Notes: generated from the letters alone by a model not told the origin. Counted from the stretch's first letter, positions 38,885 to 48,615 are shown. The stretch is 64,000 nt of DNA from an uncultured Verrucomicrobiae bacterium (GCA_963707025.1 CAVPOM010000004.1:32001-96000), one strand, 5' to 3'. Numbers and translations are program-made.

Positions 38885-40288
38885 TTACGCATCGGCCACG
38901 ACCACCGGACGTTCCCATCCGTCAGTAGCGGAAACTCGATCATGCACTCGTCGAGAACCCCGCCTTTTGTTATTCGCCATTATTCCATCTTGCTCACCTC
39001 CTTTCCAAAAATCATCCTGTGTCAGGACGCGCTGCCATGCGGCCTCTCTTTCCAATTCCGCCCGCCGCTTCCCGGACACCTTCTTTTTCGAGTGCCGCAC
39101 ATCCTCCAGTGTCAATTCAGAGACATGCAGCCATAATGGCAGGCGCGTCACCCCGTACAAGGCCACCTGTCGCCCAGGTACCTGCAAATTGTGCATCTTG
39201 ATGGCATCCACCAGAGCGGGGGCCATGCCTTCCTCATCCTCGCGGAAAACCACCGCCGGAAACAGATTCCCAAACCGAAACGCCCATTTCGGCCCGACCA
39301 ACTCCGCAATGTTGTCCTCCGTGATCCTGTTCCCATCCAGATTCAAGACCTCGACACTCTGGCGCACCATCTCCCGCCATAGTTGGCCACCTTGCGTTTT
39401 CTTGTTCCAGCCAAACTTGCAAGCCCACGGCGGACTTCTCATCTTGACCGCGCCAGGCAAATTCGGCCCATATTTGCAGCGAGGCAAAAGGGGTGCTTTT
39501 CTCCAATGCCCCCAATAACTGACCCGGCGCGCACCTTTATCCTCTGGCGTCCGGTTTTGGAAATCCTTCATCATGTATTTCGCGCAATAGCGTCCGGCTG
39601 CTTGCCCATCGCCTTTGACCGGCTGGCTTTCGCACCGACCAAACCCATAGTTTGGAGCATTGACACGAAGCCACTCCCACACTTCGCGCAAAGCCGCATT
39701 TGCTGTGTCATAGACCGGCGGGCGCACCGGCTTTCCGTCTTTCCCTTTCGGCGGGAAACAGGCGTCCCAATCAATGTTGCCCCGGATGTCGCGCTCGAAA
39801 ACGGCGACCAGGTGCGCGTGCATGGTTTGGTCTTTATGGCGCTCCCGCATGGTGATGCCCAACTGGAATTTTCGGGTGAAGGCCGACATGAAGGAATGCA
39901 AGCGCCGTTGGAATTCGTGCCGGTCTTTCACCTTGACAAACTTTCCGTTGTGGAATTCACCGCAGGTGATCGTAATCAAAAGCAAATGTTCCGGGCCGAA
40001 AGTGTCTGCCATCCATGCAACATTGCGCATGAAGGCTTCCATCTGTTTTGGCAGAGTGCCGGGCAGGACCGTCTTAGCTGCTCCATTCTCCTGAGTGGTT
40101 GCAGATGTTTCAGAAGGACAAGGAAGAGGAAGGGGAAGGCCGGGGCGGGCGGCCCTGAAGGGCCGCGCCGCCCCCGGCCTTTCCGCTTCGCCAGTTCGCT
40201 CCACATCTGACCGCAGAACCGGCGAGCAGTGGTGCTCGCTGTCCGGTTCTGCTCGCTCTACTTCGCCGCCGTGCCGCTCCGGTGTCAC
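38885..40288 (-). CDS. HUH-superfamily rolling-circle replication initiator (Rep)
   Basis: Motif I LITIT, motif II ERHKDQTMHAHLV, motif III RYCAKYMMK (YxxKY); GTG start with AAGGGGG SD. Confidence 0.8.
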   Translation of the reverse strand: MTPERHGGEVERAEPDSEHHCSPVLRSDVERTGEAERPGAARPFRAARPGLPLPLPCPSETSATTQENGAAKTVLPGTLPKQMEAFMRNVAWMADTFGPEHLLLITITCGEFHNGKFVKVKDRHEFQRRLHSFMSAFTRKFQLGITMRERHKDQTMHAHLVAVFERDIRGNIDWDACFPPKGKDGKPVRPPVYDTANAALREVWEWLRVNAPNYGFGRCESQPVKGDGQAAGRYCAKYMMKDFQNRTPEDKGARRVSYWGHWRKAPLLPRCKYGPNLPGAVKMRSPPWACKFGWNKKTQGGQLWREMVRQSVEVLNLDGNRITEDNIAELVGPKWAFRFGNLFPAVVFREDEEGMAPALVDAIKMHNLQVPGRQVALYGVTRLPLWLHVSELTLEDVRHSKKKVSGKRRAELEREAAWQRVLTQDDFWKGGEQDGIMANNKRRGSRRVHDRVSATDGWERPVVVADA

Positions 40289-40515
40289 TGGCCCCCTTTA
40301 CTTGTGGCCGTGTCAACAATGGCGAGGATTGCGACCTTGAGCGCGGCAGGTAATTCACCCCAGGCAGCGACTACTTGCGACAGGTTTCGCCAGTCGTTGC
40401 CCTGAATCTGTGCGCGTGGTTGTGTATAGTCCCTTTCACCTTCGTTCGTAACAGGTTGATTTTCGGCAGGTTGTGGATTTTGCGGGGAAGGTTCGAATCC
40501 CTTCGCTCGCTCCAT
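40285..40515 (-). other. Detached integrase C-terminal coding segment, in frame with int across att
   Basis: MERAKGFEP-SPQ...LSQVVAAWGELPAALKVAILAIV...GGQ*; stop overlaps the rep GTG. Confidence 0.75.
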
Positions 40516-40873
40516 CTCCATCAACGACTTACGTCGATGGACATGGTTTTGCAACAGGTTTGCAACATCTCCGCCCCCCCGCCGGCCAAAAACCGGTCCC
40601 GACCCCGGAAGGTCCAAAAACTCGGTAGTGGTACAGTTTGAGGGGTGAGGCGTTACTTTCCACTTGATTCCGCCAGGCAGGGGCGCAAGGTTGCGCCATG
40701 CAAAAACGAGATTTGAATGAAACCGCCTTCGCGGTGGTCCAGCAGGCGACACGGCAGCCCCAAGCCCCAGCAAAACATCCCATCAGAGCCGTATCAGGCG
40801 AAAGGGTCGGGGCCTTAAAACCCGTCAAGCCCGGCAGAGTGAATCGAAAAGCTCGGTAGAAGCTCGGTAGATG

Positions 40874-41338
40874 CTATTTTTCAGGCTCCACTGTGAGCGC
40901 CCAAACAAGGGCAATGACCCAGCCAACACCAGTCCAGCCGAGCAAAAGATTTAAGACGAGTATCGCCATGTGGTTGCGTTTCTTTCGTCCAATGTAGGCA
41001 GGGATGAAATAAATACAAAATGCCACGGCCAACATGACTAGGGTGAGAACCAGGCTGAAAACGAGAGCCATCGTCCGGCCCATTATCATCCCAATCGTTT
41101 CCTCCTCGTCTGATCTGTCAAAAAACGCCCCGCAGAACGCAATCGCGAAAATTGCAGCCACACCCAAAATAGTCCAGGTTTTCTTGGAGATGGGCTTTTT
41201 GGGTAATTCAACGTGGAGCGGTGTGGCCTTTCGGCAATGTGGGCAGACGATGACTATTCCACGCTGATAGTTGGCGGCTTCAAATTCAATTCCGCCTTCG
41301 CAATGGACACACCAAGCTCGCAGCAACGGTTCTGACAT
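40874..41338 (-). CDS. Zn-ribbon plus T4 Imm-like superinfection immunity membrane protein
   Basis: CVHC..CPHC; C-terminal YFIPAYIG..AILVLNLLLGWTGVGWVIALVWA. Confidence 0.8.
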   Translation of the reverse strand: MSEPLLRAWCVHCEGGIEFEAANYQRGIVIVCPHCRKATPLHVELPKKPISKKTWTILGVAAIFAIAFCGAFFDRSDEEETIGMIMGRTMALVFSLVLTLVMLAVAFCIYFIPAYIGRKKRNHMAILVLNLLLGWTGVGWVIALVWALTVEPEK

Positions 41339-41702
41339 AATTCCTTTCGCAAGCGGGAAGGAAAAAGGCGCGGACCCAGCGCACCCGAACGAGGCACTGC
41401 GAAGCGCCTTGAGGAGAATGCGCCGAGCCGCGGGTCTCCTCTGAAATTTCGCAGTTTTCGTTCGACCCTTACCGCTACGCTAAAATATCAATCGCAACTT
41501 TTAATCCCCGCTTTTTTTGAGTCAAGAAATTCCCATCAACAAAATGAAACCTCCAAACCTTACAGTCGCGCAAAAAGCCCAAATTCTTGGCGATCCGTTG
41601 CCCGGCGTCACCGGCGATAAATTGCTTGCCGCTGCCGCAATCCGTCAATATCCTCCCATAATCCGCACCAATCCTCGAATTATTAGGCCGCGGTATGACC
41701 GT

Positions 41703-42476
41703 ATGACGATATTGGCTGGTATAATCTGCAAGAGGTTCATCGTTCTTGGCGCGGACAGCCTATGGACAAATTCCACAGATGGAAGCATGGTCGAGGCTGA
41801 TAAAATCAGCATTGTAAATTTCAACGACGATCAGGTCCTGGTCGGGCAGGCCGGATTAAGGCCCATCACGATGGAGGTCGTGGAAACCTTACGCAAAAAG
41901 GCAAGGGGCAAAAAGATCACAGAACCTCGCGCCGTGACCAAAATTGTCAAGGACGCCATCCGCGAAACAAAAACCTCTTTGGACGAGGCCGCAACAGGCT
42001 TTGGGACAACGCATGGTGCAGCGCTTATGATTGCGTTTTACGCGCAGAACCGGCCCCAGCTTTATATATGCCACCTCTTTAATACTGGCGTCCCAGAACC
42101 AGCGCCGTCGCATTATGCGACTGCGGGCTGCGCCGATCTCCTTGCGAATTATTTTCTTAGGGAGTTTTCTGAACCAGGCGCGGAGGATGAATTGCAACTC
42201 GCGGCTTTGATCTACACCATCGCAAAGGTGAAGGAATATAGCGTGTATTGCGGGGGTCCAACCACTATAAAATATCTGACAACATTTTCGACTGGGCTGG
42301 ATTCTCCGCGTGTTGCAAAGGCAACCGCCCTTGCCCCCGAATTCATCGAGCGGGTCGAGAAGAAATTGGCGTCCGTGGATTTGAACACCAAGAACGCAAG
42401 AAACAGAGAAATATACGCCGCCTTGCGGGAAGCCTCGGATGAATTTGCCAAGGAGAATTGGAAGTCACCAAAATGA
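41703..42476 (+). CDS. Proteasome-beta-like Ntn hydrolase
   Basis: M-T-ILAGI..IVLGADS..ADKI..VGQAG..YATAG..YCGGP; N-terminal Thr after Met removal. Confidence 0.7.
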   Translation: MTILAGIICKRFIVLGADSLWTNSTDGSMVEADKISIVNFNDDQVLVGQAGLRPITMEVVETLRKKARGKKITEPRAVTKIVKDAIRETKTSLDEAATGFGTTHGAALMIAFYAQNRPQLYICHLFNTGVPEPAPSHYATAGCADLLANYFLREFSEPGAEDELQLAALIYTIAKVKEYSVYCGGPTTIKYLTTFSTGLDSPRVAKATALAPEFIERVEKKLASVDLNTKNARNREIYAALREASDEFAKENWKSPK

Positions 42477-43309
42477 ACAAACTGAGCGTGGAGGCACGGG
42501 TGATGATCGTCAGATGTTTAGTGGAGGGCAATTCGCTCCGGTCCACCGTCCGAATGACGGACATTCACCGCACAACGATTCAAAAGCTCTTGGTGGAGCT
42601 TGGTGTGGTCTGTTCCGCATATCAGGACAAGGCTTTTCGCAACCTGAAGTGCAGGCGGTTGCAGTGCGATGAAATTTGGGCATTCGTGGGCTGCAAGCAA
42701 AAGAACACGACGCCGGAAACCCGGATGGTTAAACAATGGGGTGATGTTTGGACTTGGACGGCGATGGACGCGGAAACAAAGCTCGTGCCGTGCTGGTTCG
42801 TCGGCAACCGGGACAGCAGTTCTGCCTATCATTTCATCAACGATCTGGCCGGAAGGCTCGCCAGCCGCATCCAGTTGACCACAGACGGCCATAAGCCTTA
42901 CCTGGAGGCCGTGGAAGGTGCATTTGGGGCGGACATTGATTATGCGCAATTGCAGAAGATTTATGGGGTTCAGGGCGGCCCGAAAGAGAGCGCGGAAGTC
43001 CGGTATAGCCCAGCCCAGTGCATGGGGGCGCGCCGGGCGATCATCTCCGGTCATCCCGATTATGACCACATTTCCACCAGCTTCACGGAGCGTCAAAACC
43101 TCACAATGAGGATGTCCATGCGCCGGTTCACGCGCCTGACCAACGCCTTCTCAAAGAAGGTCGAGAACCATGAGGCGGCGGTGGCTCTCCACTTCATGCA
43201 CTACAATTTCGCCAGGATTCACATGTCGCTTCGCGTCACCCCTGCGATGGAGGCCGGCGTGGCCGATCACGTTTGGAGCGTCGAGGAAATTATCCGCCTT
43301 TTAGGGTGA
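42473..43309 (+). CDS. IS1-family DDE transposase
   Basis: LVEGNSLRS HTH, QCDEIW, TTDGH, TSFTERQNLTMR, TPAMEAG; ATGA overlap with the Ntn gene. Confidence 0.9.
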   Translation: MNKLSVEARVMIVRCLVEGNSLRSTVRMTDIHRTTIQKLLVELGVVCSAYQDKAFRNLKCRRLQCDEIWAFVGCKQKNTTPETRMVKQWGDVWTWTAMDAETKLVPCWFVGNRDSSSAYHFINDLAGRLASRIQLTTDGHKPYLEAVEGAFGADIDYAQLQKIYGVQGGPKESAEVRYSPAQCMGARRAIISGHPDYDHISTSFTERQNLTMRMSMRRFTRLTNAFSKKVENHEAAVALHFMHYNFARIHMSLRVTPAMEAGVADHVWSVEEIIRLLG

Positions 43310-43415
43310 AAATCCAAACTGTACCACTACCAAAAACTCGAATCAGTTGATTTGCAACGATTTGGAGGGTATCATGTCTTGAACGCCGACATGAGCGCTG
43401 TTTCACTTTAGCTCT

Positions 43416-44486
43416 ATGAATTGGAAACGTTTGCTGGCTTATATCACCGGGTCTGCCGACCAAGAACTCCTCTTGCGAAATGAGTATTTGGCCATCGAGA
43501 ATCGCCTCCTCAGGAAGCAGCTCAAAGGTCGGCCCCGCCTGACGGACGACGAGCGCATCACCCTGGCCGAGATCGGGCAGCGGTTGGGCAGAAAAGCCCT
43601 GGCCGAAGTGGCGTAGATGGTGAGGCCAGAAACCATCCTGGCTTGGCACCGGAAGCTGGTGGCCAAGAAATTCGACGGTGCAAAGAATCGTTCCACGCTT
43701 GGGCCTCCGTCCACTCTCAAGTCCCTGGAAGATTTGGTGTTGCAAATGGCCCGGGACAACCGCACCTGGGGCTATAAACGGATTACGGGCGCGCTGGAAA
43801 ACCTTGGGCACAAAATCAGTCGCGAAAGCGTGGTCAACATTTTGAAGCGCCACGGCGTGGCGCCGGCCCCGGAACGGGGCAAGAGAATGCTCTGGAAGGA
43901 TTTCATCCAGTCCCATTTGGAAGTGTTGGCGGCGGTGGATTTCTTCACGGCCGAGGTCTGGACGCCAAGTGGATTGATGACCTACTGCGTGCTGGTCTTC
44001 ATGCGGGTTGGATTGAGACAGATCTGCCTGGCCGGTTTCACTCTGGCCCCGGATTGTGAATGGATGAAGCAGATGGCCCGGAACTGGACGATGGCCGGGG
44101 AGGGGATGTTGCAGGGTTGCCGTTATCTGCTGCACGATCGCGATACCAAGTTCTGCGCCGCCTTTGACGAGGTTCTGCGGTCGGCCGGCATCGAACCGCT
44201 CACGCTGCCGCCCCGAAGTCCGAATTTGAACGCACACTTGGAGCGCTGGGATCGCTCGGTCAAGGAGGAGTGTTTATCGAAGATGATCTTCTTCGGCGAG
44301 CCTTCGCTCCGGCATGTGCTTTCAAATTATGCCCAACATTATCACGGCGAAAGAAACCATCAAGGAAGGGGGAATGTGATCTTGTTTCCAGCGGCCGCAG
44401 ATCGAATTGGCGAAGTAACCGGGGAGATTCGCACCCGTCAGCGACCGGGAGGGTTGCTCAAATTTTATTACCAGGAAGCTGCATGA
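43416..44486 (+). pseudogene. Integrase-core (rve) transposase with internal TAG at 43614-43616
   Basis: VRPETILAWHR, WGYKRI.G.L, AVDFFT, LHDRDTKF, PNLNAHLER, HYHGERNHQG. Confidence 0.85.
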
Positions 44487-44599
44487 ATATTTTGACCCTG
44501 CGCCGATGAAAGGCTGCCGGCATTACATGGAGGAGACGTTGCCGCCGATGGAGGCTTTTCATGCCGTCGCGGTCGTCAATCCGAATGACCGATAGCGAA

Positions 44600-46153
44600 T
44601 CACTTCAAGACTTGGATTCGCTGGGGACCGGGTTGGGAGGCTTGCACCCGATAGAAGGCTTCAGCGGACAGTGGCGTGGGGTCGGTGAGTGAGATGCCGC
44701 CACCGTTGGTGGCGAGGAGTGCGTCGGCCACCTGCATCCATGCCGGTGGAGTTAGTTGCGCGGCGCGCCACAGCGAGTAGTTCAGGCCGGCGCGGAAGTT
44801 GGCGGACACGATGACGGCGTTGTTGCTCCATTGCAAACAGAAGATATTGGGGAGCGTCGCGGCGGCGGCGGCGGCGGCGGCCCCAAAATCAACGCGGCCC
44901 CAGCCGTAATACTCGTCCCAGCCCGGAGCGCCCAAATCCACGGCGGTATTGGTCAGAATTCCGATGACGTCGCCGGGAGCCAAGGTGGGATTGAAACTGA
45001 ATATCCATGCGACGATGCCGGCGACCAGCGGCGCGGCGAAGCTGCATCCTGTGGCTGTGGCATAGCCGCCGCCGGTGGTAGTGGAGTAAATTTGATAGCC
45101 TGGCGCGGAGAAATCAATGTAGGGGCCGTACAGGGTACCTTGGAAATTGTCGGCGGCGTCGGTCATTGCAACACAGTAAACGTCGGGCTGATTGGGGCCG
45201 TTGAGAAGGCCGCTGCCATCAATGGCGGACATCACCAGGATGCCATTGGCGTTGGTTTTGAGGAAAAGGCCGGCGGCTTCGAGCACCGAGTTGGTGCCGC
45301 CGCTCCAACTGATGTTGACCACGCGCACGCCATTGGTCGCGGCCCAGAGGGTGGCGTTGTACATCTCGCTGATGGCGCCGTTGATGTTGATGGGCAACAC
45401 CTGGCAATTGGCCGTGCCGGCAACGCCGATCCCGTTGTTGATGACGGCCGCGGCCATGCCTGCGCAGAGGGTGGAATGGGCGATGCCGGGACTGGAGGTC
45501 ACCGGCTGGTTTGCAACGACGTCCCAGCCGGCGACGGTGTTGGCAGCGAGGTCCGGATGATCCATTTGAAAGGGTGAATCCACAATGGCCACTTGCACCG
45601 ACGGCAGGCCCAGGCTGTAGTTCCACGCTTGAAAGCTGCCGATGACCCGATGGTGCCATTGGTTGGTTAGCTGCGGATCGTTGGGTGTGAACTCTCGGCG
45701 CTCGAAGGTGTCCAGTTCGGCGAATTCCACATCCGCGCGCCGGCGCAAGGTCTGGACGGCGTCCCACTCACGCAACGGTTCGACGCGCAGAGCCGAAACC
45801 AACGGCTGGCCGCGGAATTTTACGAGGACGATTTCGGGGTTGAAAAACTGGATGGAACCCTGCCCGGTGTCCAGGCGTCCGAAGTGGCGCGCCTGATAAT
45901 TGACGTGCGCCAATGTGTTGGCCTGGGGCAGGGGCACGGCGCGGTCCGCCAAATCCGCCGCGGACAGGCTGGGGAAGGTCGTGAGAGCAGGGATGCGCCG
46001 ACCGGGAATGTCATCCGGCAGCTTGGCGGCAGGCCGGCGCGCCAGGTTACCAGGGAGGCCCAAATCCTCGTCGGAAGCGGAGGAGTAGGACAATTGCGCG
46101 CCCGCGGCGGCGGCGAGCGCCAGGAGCGATGCAAGACAAAGCAGGCCTTTCAC
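44600..46153 (-). CDS. Secreted S8 (thermitase-like) peptidase variant
   Basis: GTG start coupled to the upstream stop; VAIVDS, HSTLCAG, NISW, GCSFAAP, YGWGRVD; AFYR tail. Confidence 0.85.
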   Translation of the reverse strand: MKGLLCLASLLALAAAAGAQLSYSSASDEDLGLPGNLARRPAAKLPDDIPGRRIPALTTFPSLSAADLADRAVPLPQANTLAHVNYQARHFGRLDTGQGSIQFFNPEIVLVKFRGQPLVSALRVEPLREWDAVQTLRRRADVEFAELDTFERREFTPNDPQLTNQWHHRVIGSFQAWNYSLGLPSVQVAIVDSPFQMDHPDLAANTVAGWDVVANQPVTSSPGIAHSTLCAGMAAAVINNGIGVAGTANCQVLPININGAISEMYNATLWAATNGVRVVNISWSGGTNSVLEAAGLFLKTNANGILVMSAIDGSGLLNGPNQPDVYCVAMTDAADNFQGTLYGPYIDFSAPGYQIYSTTTGGGYATATGCSFAAPLVAGIVAWIFSFNPTLAPGDVIGILTNTAVDLGAPGWDEYYGWGRVDFGAAAAAAAATLPNIFCLQWSNNAVIVSANFRAGLNYSLWRAAQLTPPAWMQVADALLATNGGGISLTDPTPLSAEAFYRVQASQPGPQRIQVLK

Positions 46154-47799
46154 TGTTTCTTGATGCGGTAAAAGGAGGGTGAACTGGCCCCGAGGTTTGT
46201 GAAAAACTGGAACGAGTTGGTCAGCGTGTAATTTAGCAACGGGAGCCAGGCGATGGTTCCGGAAAGATTCCTCAACGTCTGCAGCGTGTAGTTTGTGCCA
46301 GCCAGTCCAAAAACCAGGAGAGTGAAGTTGGTTCCAGAAAGCGAGCCTTGGAGAATAGGCGGGTCGGCATTGAGGACATAGGCCCGGAAAAAGGCGGCGG
46401 GAGGGGCCGGGACCAAATTGGGAATGGCCTGCATCAGGCCGGACATGGGCACGCTGAGGAAATTGGACCAGCCGCCGGACTGGGCAAGATTGGTCTCCGC
46501 TTGGATTTGGTAGCTCTGGCCCGGGATGCCGTAAAGGACCAGGTTGGGGCTGCCGGCCACAAGCTGCATATCCAGGAGCGGCTGCGGGCCGACGATGACC
46601 GCCCGGCCCGGTTGCAGGGAAAACACCGTGGCAGCGCCCGCGCCGGCGTTGGTGCCTTGCGGCGCCTGCGGCGTCAGCGCCACGAAAGCGGAGGATTGAT
46701 TGGAGGCGGCGGTGAGGTTCAATTGGGCGATTTGTTGGCTGCCTTGAAGGTTCATTCCGGTCGCGGCAGTGAAGGAGAGTTGAACGGTGTTGGACGAAAG
46801 CGCGTTCAACGATGCCGTACTCAAAGCCGGGGTGGCGGCCTGCACAGAGATGGCGGTGAACAAATTGGTGGGGAAGTTCAGCACAAAGGAAAGGCCGGTG
46901 AGCGCGCCCTGGGAGTAGAGTGTGATGGGCGCGGAACCGCTGCCACCCGCCAGCATCACGGCGCCGCCAACAGAAATCGTCGTGGCAAGCGCGCCCAACG
47001 AAACCGAGCCAGCCTGGCCAACGAAAAAGTTGTTTGAAAGAACCAGCGTGTAGGTTTGCATGGGACCGGATGAGGAGGTGCCGACAACGGCGGCCGTGAA
47101 CAATTCGCTGCCAACAGGCGAATAATTGGTGCCGCCCGCGGCGGCGAGCAAGTCGTTGACGTTGAAAAAAGCCTGGTTGGTGGCCGCGCCGTCGCCCACC
47201 ACCGCCGCCAGGACGGAGGAACTGTTGGAGGCGGTGAGAGTAATGATCGAGCCGGGCGGGTTGGCGTCGTTGAGCGTCACCAGCAGTTGCTGCGACTGCA
47301 AAACAAAGGAATTCTCCTGCGCGGTGGCGACCGAGGGCAAAGGCCCGCTCGGAGGCCACACGGCTGACTGGCCGTTGGTATTGGTCACGGTCATCCGGTA
47401 ATAATAGGTTGTGCCCGGGGCGCAGTACGAAACGCGGGCGTAGATCAGCCCCAGGCTCATCGAATCCCGGCGCAAGGCGGCCTGGCTCAAAAGGTCCTGA
47501 TAAGAATTGGCTGCGCTGGGATCGCCGGAGTTCAAGGGATATAACTCGATCCCCACCTGCCCCGCCAGGCTGGCTGTCCCGGCGGGATCGGAAAAAACGG
47601 AAATGGCAACATTGGTCGTGGCCATGATGGCGCGCGAAACCGCCGCCACCAGGGAAAATCCACCGGGGGTGACGTTGACCGCTGCCACGTTCGTCAGAAG
47701 AATTTGCGCGCCGGCGAACCGCAGGCCGAGAAGAAGGCAGGCCAAGCCTGCGCCGAGGCGCGCCGCGCCGCGAATCTTTTGTTTTGACAGCATGGTCAT
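46150..47799 (-). CDS. Secreted beta-rich protein (FN3/cohesin-like) with FFR/FYR C-terminal domains
   Basis: Signal peptide MTMLSKQKIRG..; PGTTYYYR; cohesin-like stretch; AFFRA and SFYRIK. Confidence 0.7.
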   Translation of the reverse strand: MTMLSKQKIRGAARLGAGLACLLLGLRFAGAQILLTNVAAVNVTPGGFSLVAAVSRAIMATTNVAISVFSDPAGTASLAGQVGIELYPLNSGDPSAANSYQDLLSQAALRRDSMSLGLIYARVSYCAPGTTYYYRMTVTNTNGQSAVWPPSGPLPSVATAQENSFVLQSQQLLVTLNDANPPGSIITLTASNSSSVLAAVVGDGAATNQAFFNVNDLLAAAGGTNYSPVGSELFTAAVVGTSSSGPMQTYTLVLSNNFFVGQAGSVSLGALATTISVGGAVMLAGGSGSAPITLYSQGALTGLSFVLNFPTNLFTAISVQAATPALSTASLNALSSNTVQLSFTAATGMNLQGSQQIAQLNLTAASNQSSAFVALTPQAPQGTNAGAGAATVFSLQPGRAVIVGPQPLLDMQLVAGSPNLVLYGIPGQSYQIQAETNLAQSGGWSNFLSVPMSGLMQAIPNLVPAPPAAFFRAYVLNADPPILQGSLSGTNFTLLVFGLAGTNYTLQTLRNLSGTIAWLPLLNYTLTNSFQFFTNLGASSPSFYRIKKQ

Positions 47800-48612
47800 G
47801 GGCCTGTTTGTCCTCTGGAGGAGAGCGGGTTTTGGCTCCGAATTGTTCCCTGATAGCGAGGGCCGCTGCGTTCCAAACCCGGCCGGCCTTTGCGGGCAAT
47901 GGCCAATTCTCCGCCGGCCAGGACGGCGTAGCGGTGAACGCCCTTGGCCTTCAGGAGGCGGGCTTGCGCTTCGGCGCTTCCGTCCGCGGAATCTATCAGG
48001 ACCACCAGCGGCGCAGCACCCGAACTCACTTCCGTCTGCGTCAAAGCAGTCTCGCTCACGCAGGCCTGGGAATTCGCGGCTCAAGTCCGTCAGTCCGGAG
48101 GAGTTTTTCAGCACCGCCCGGGTCGGTTGGCGCAAATCAACCAGGACAACGTCGCCGGGGTCCATGGCCTGCAATTGGGCGTAGGTGATATAGTTGATGG
48201 CTTCCGGCCTCAGGCCGCGCCCGGCTGTGGTCAGGGCCTGGGCCGACAGCCAGGCGGCATAACCTCCGGATAAAGTATCCACTGTAATGCCGGGCTTCCT
48301 GGCTAGGGCGGCGGCGGCGGTTTGAAGATCCTGATTGCCACTGCGGCCGAGGCCATCGTCATACACCACCACTTTGCCCAGCGGCGGCATATTCTTGACC
48401 GGGCAGAGCGCGGCCGGAATGTTGATGGCGCCCGGGATGTGGTCTTTGGAATAAACACTGGTCTGGCGAATGTCAATGACCATCACCTTGTCCCCCGCGG
48501 CCAGGGCGCGCTGCAAAGCGGCCACGGTCATCGTTCCGGCCTGGAGCGCAAGACTTGGGCAAAGGGCCATTGCGCCCGTCCAACAAATGCAAATTGAAAC
48601 GATGCGGCGCAT
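47796..48612 (-). CDS. Secreted tandem rhodanese-like protein (apparent frameshift ~48060)
   Basis: VIDIR..YSKDHIPGAINIP, LSGGYAAW; second domain VLVDLR..VLAGG; corrected stop overlaps the ATG at 47799. Confidence 0.75.
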
Positions 48613-48615
48613 AGG

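Larger units (their letters stand above)
31694..40515. mobile_element. ~8.8 kb integrative rolling-circle element in tRNA-Gly
   Basis: 26-bp direct repeat ggttcgaatcccttcgctcgctccat at 31694-31719 (attL) and 40490-40515 (attR); encodes integrase, excisionase-like HTH, XRE regulator, HUH Rep and secreted cargo. Confidence 0.92.
40624..43331 (+). mobile_element. IS1-family transporter IS (2708 bp) with two passenger genes
   Basis: Perfect 17-bp IRs ggtagtggtacagtttg (40624-40640) / caaactgtaccactacc (43315-43331); 8-bp TSD aaaaactc at 40616-40623 and 43332-43339. Confidence 0.92.
40606..44502. mobile_element. Defective IS481/IS3-like element whose left end is interrupted by the IS1-family element
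   Basis: Imperfect IRs cggaaggtccaaaaactc (40606-40623) vs reverse complement of 44485-44502 (13/18). Confidence 0.5.

Noticed and set aside
31694..40515. Prophage, inovirus or ICE call
   Set aside because: No capsid, Zot-like ATPase, terminase, T4SS or coupling protein recognised
44600..47899. 1099-aa ORF
   Set aside because: The N-terminal half is off-frame read-through over another gene; the real S8 gene starts at GTG 46153
46150..48612. 820-aa rhodanese-surface protein fusion in the ORF track
   Set aside because: Artefact of a one-base shift near 48060; a second signal peptide starts at 47799 with an ATGA overlap
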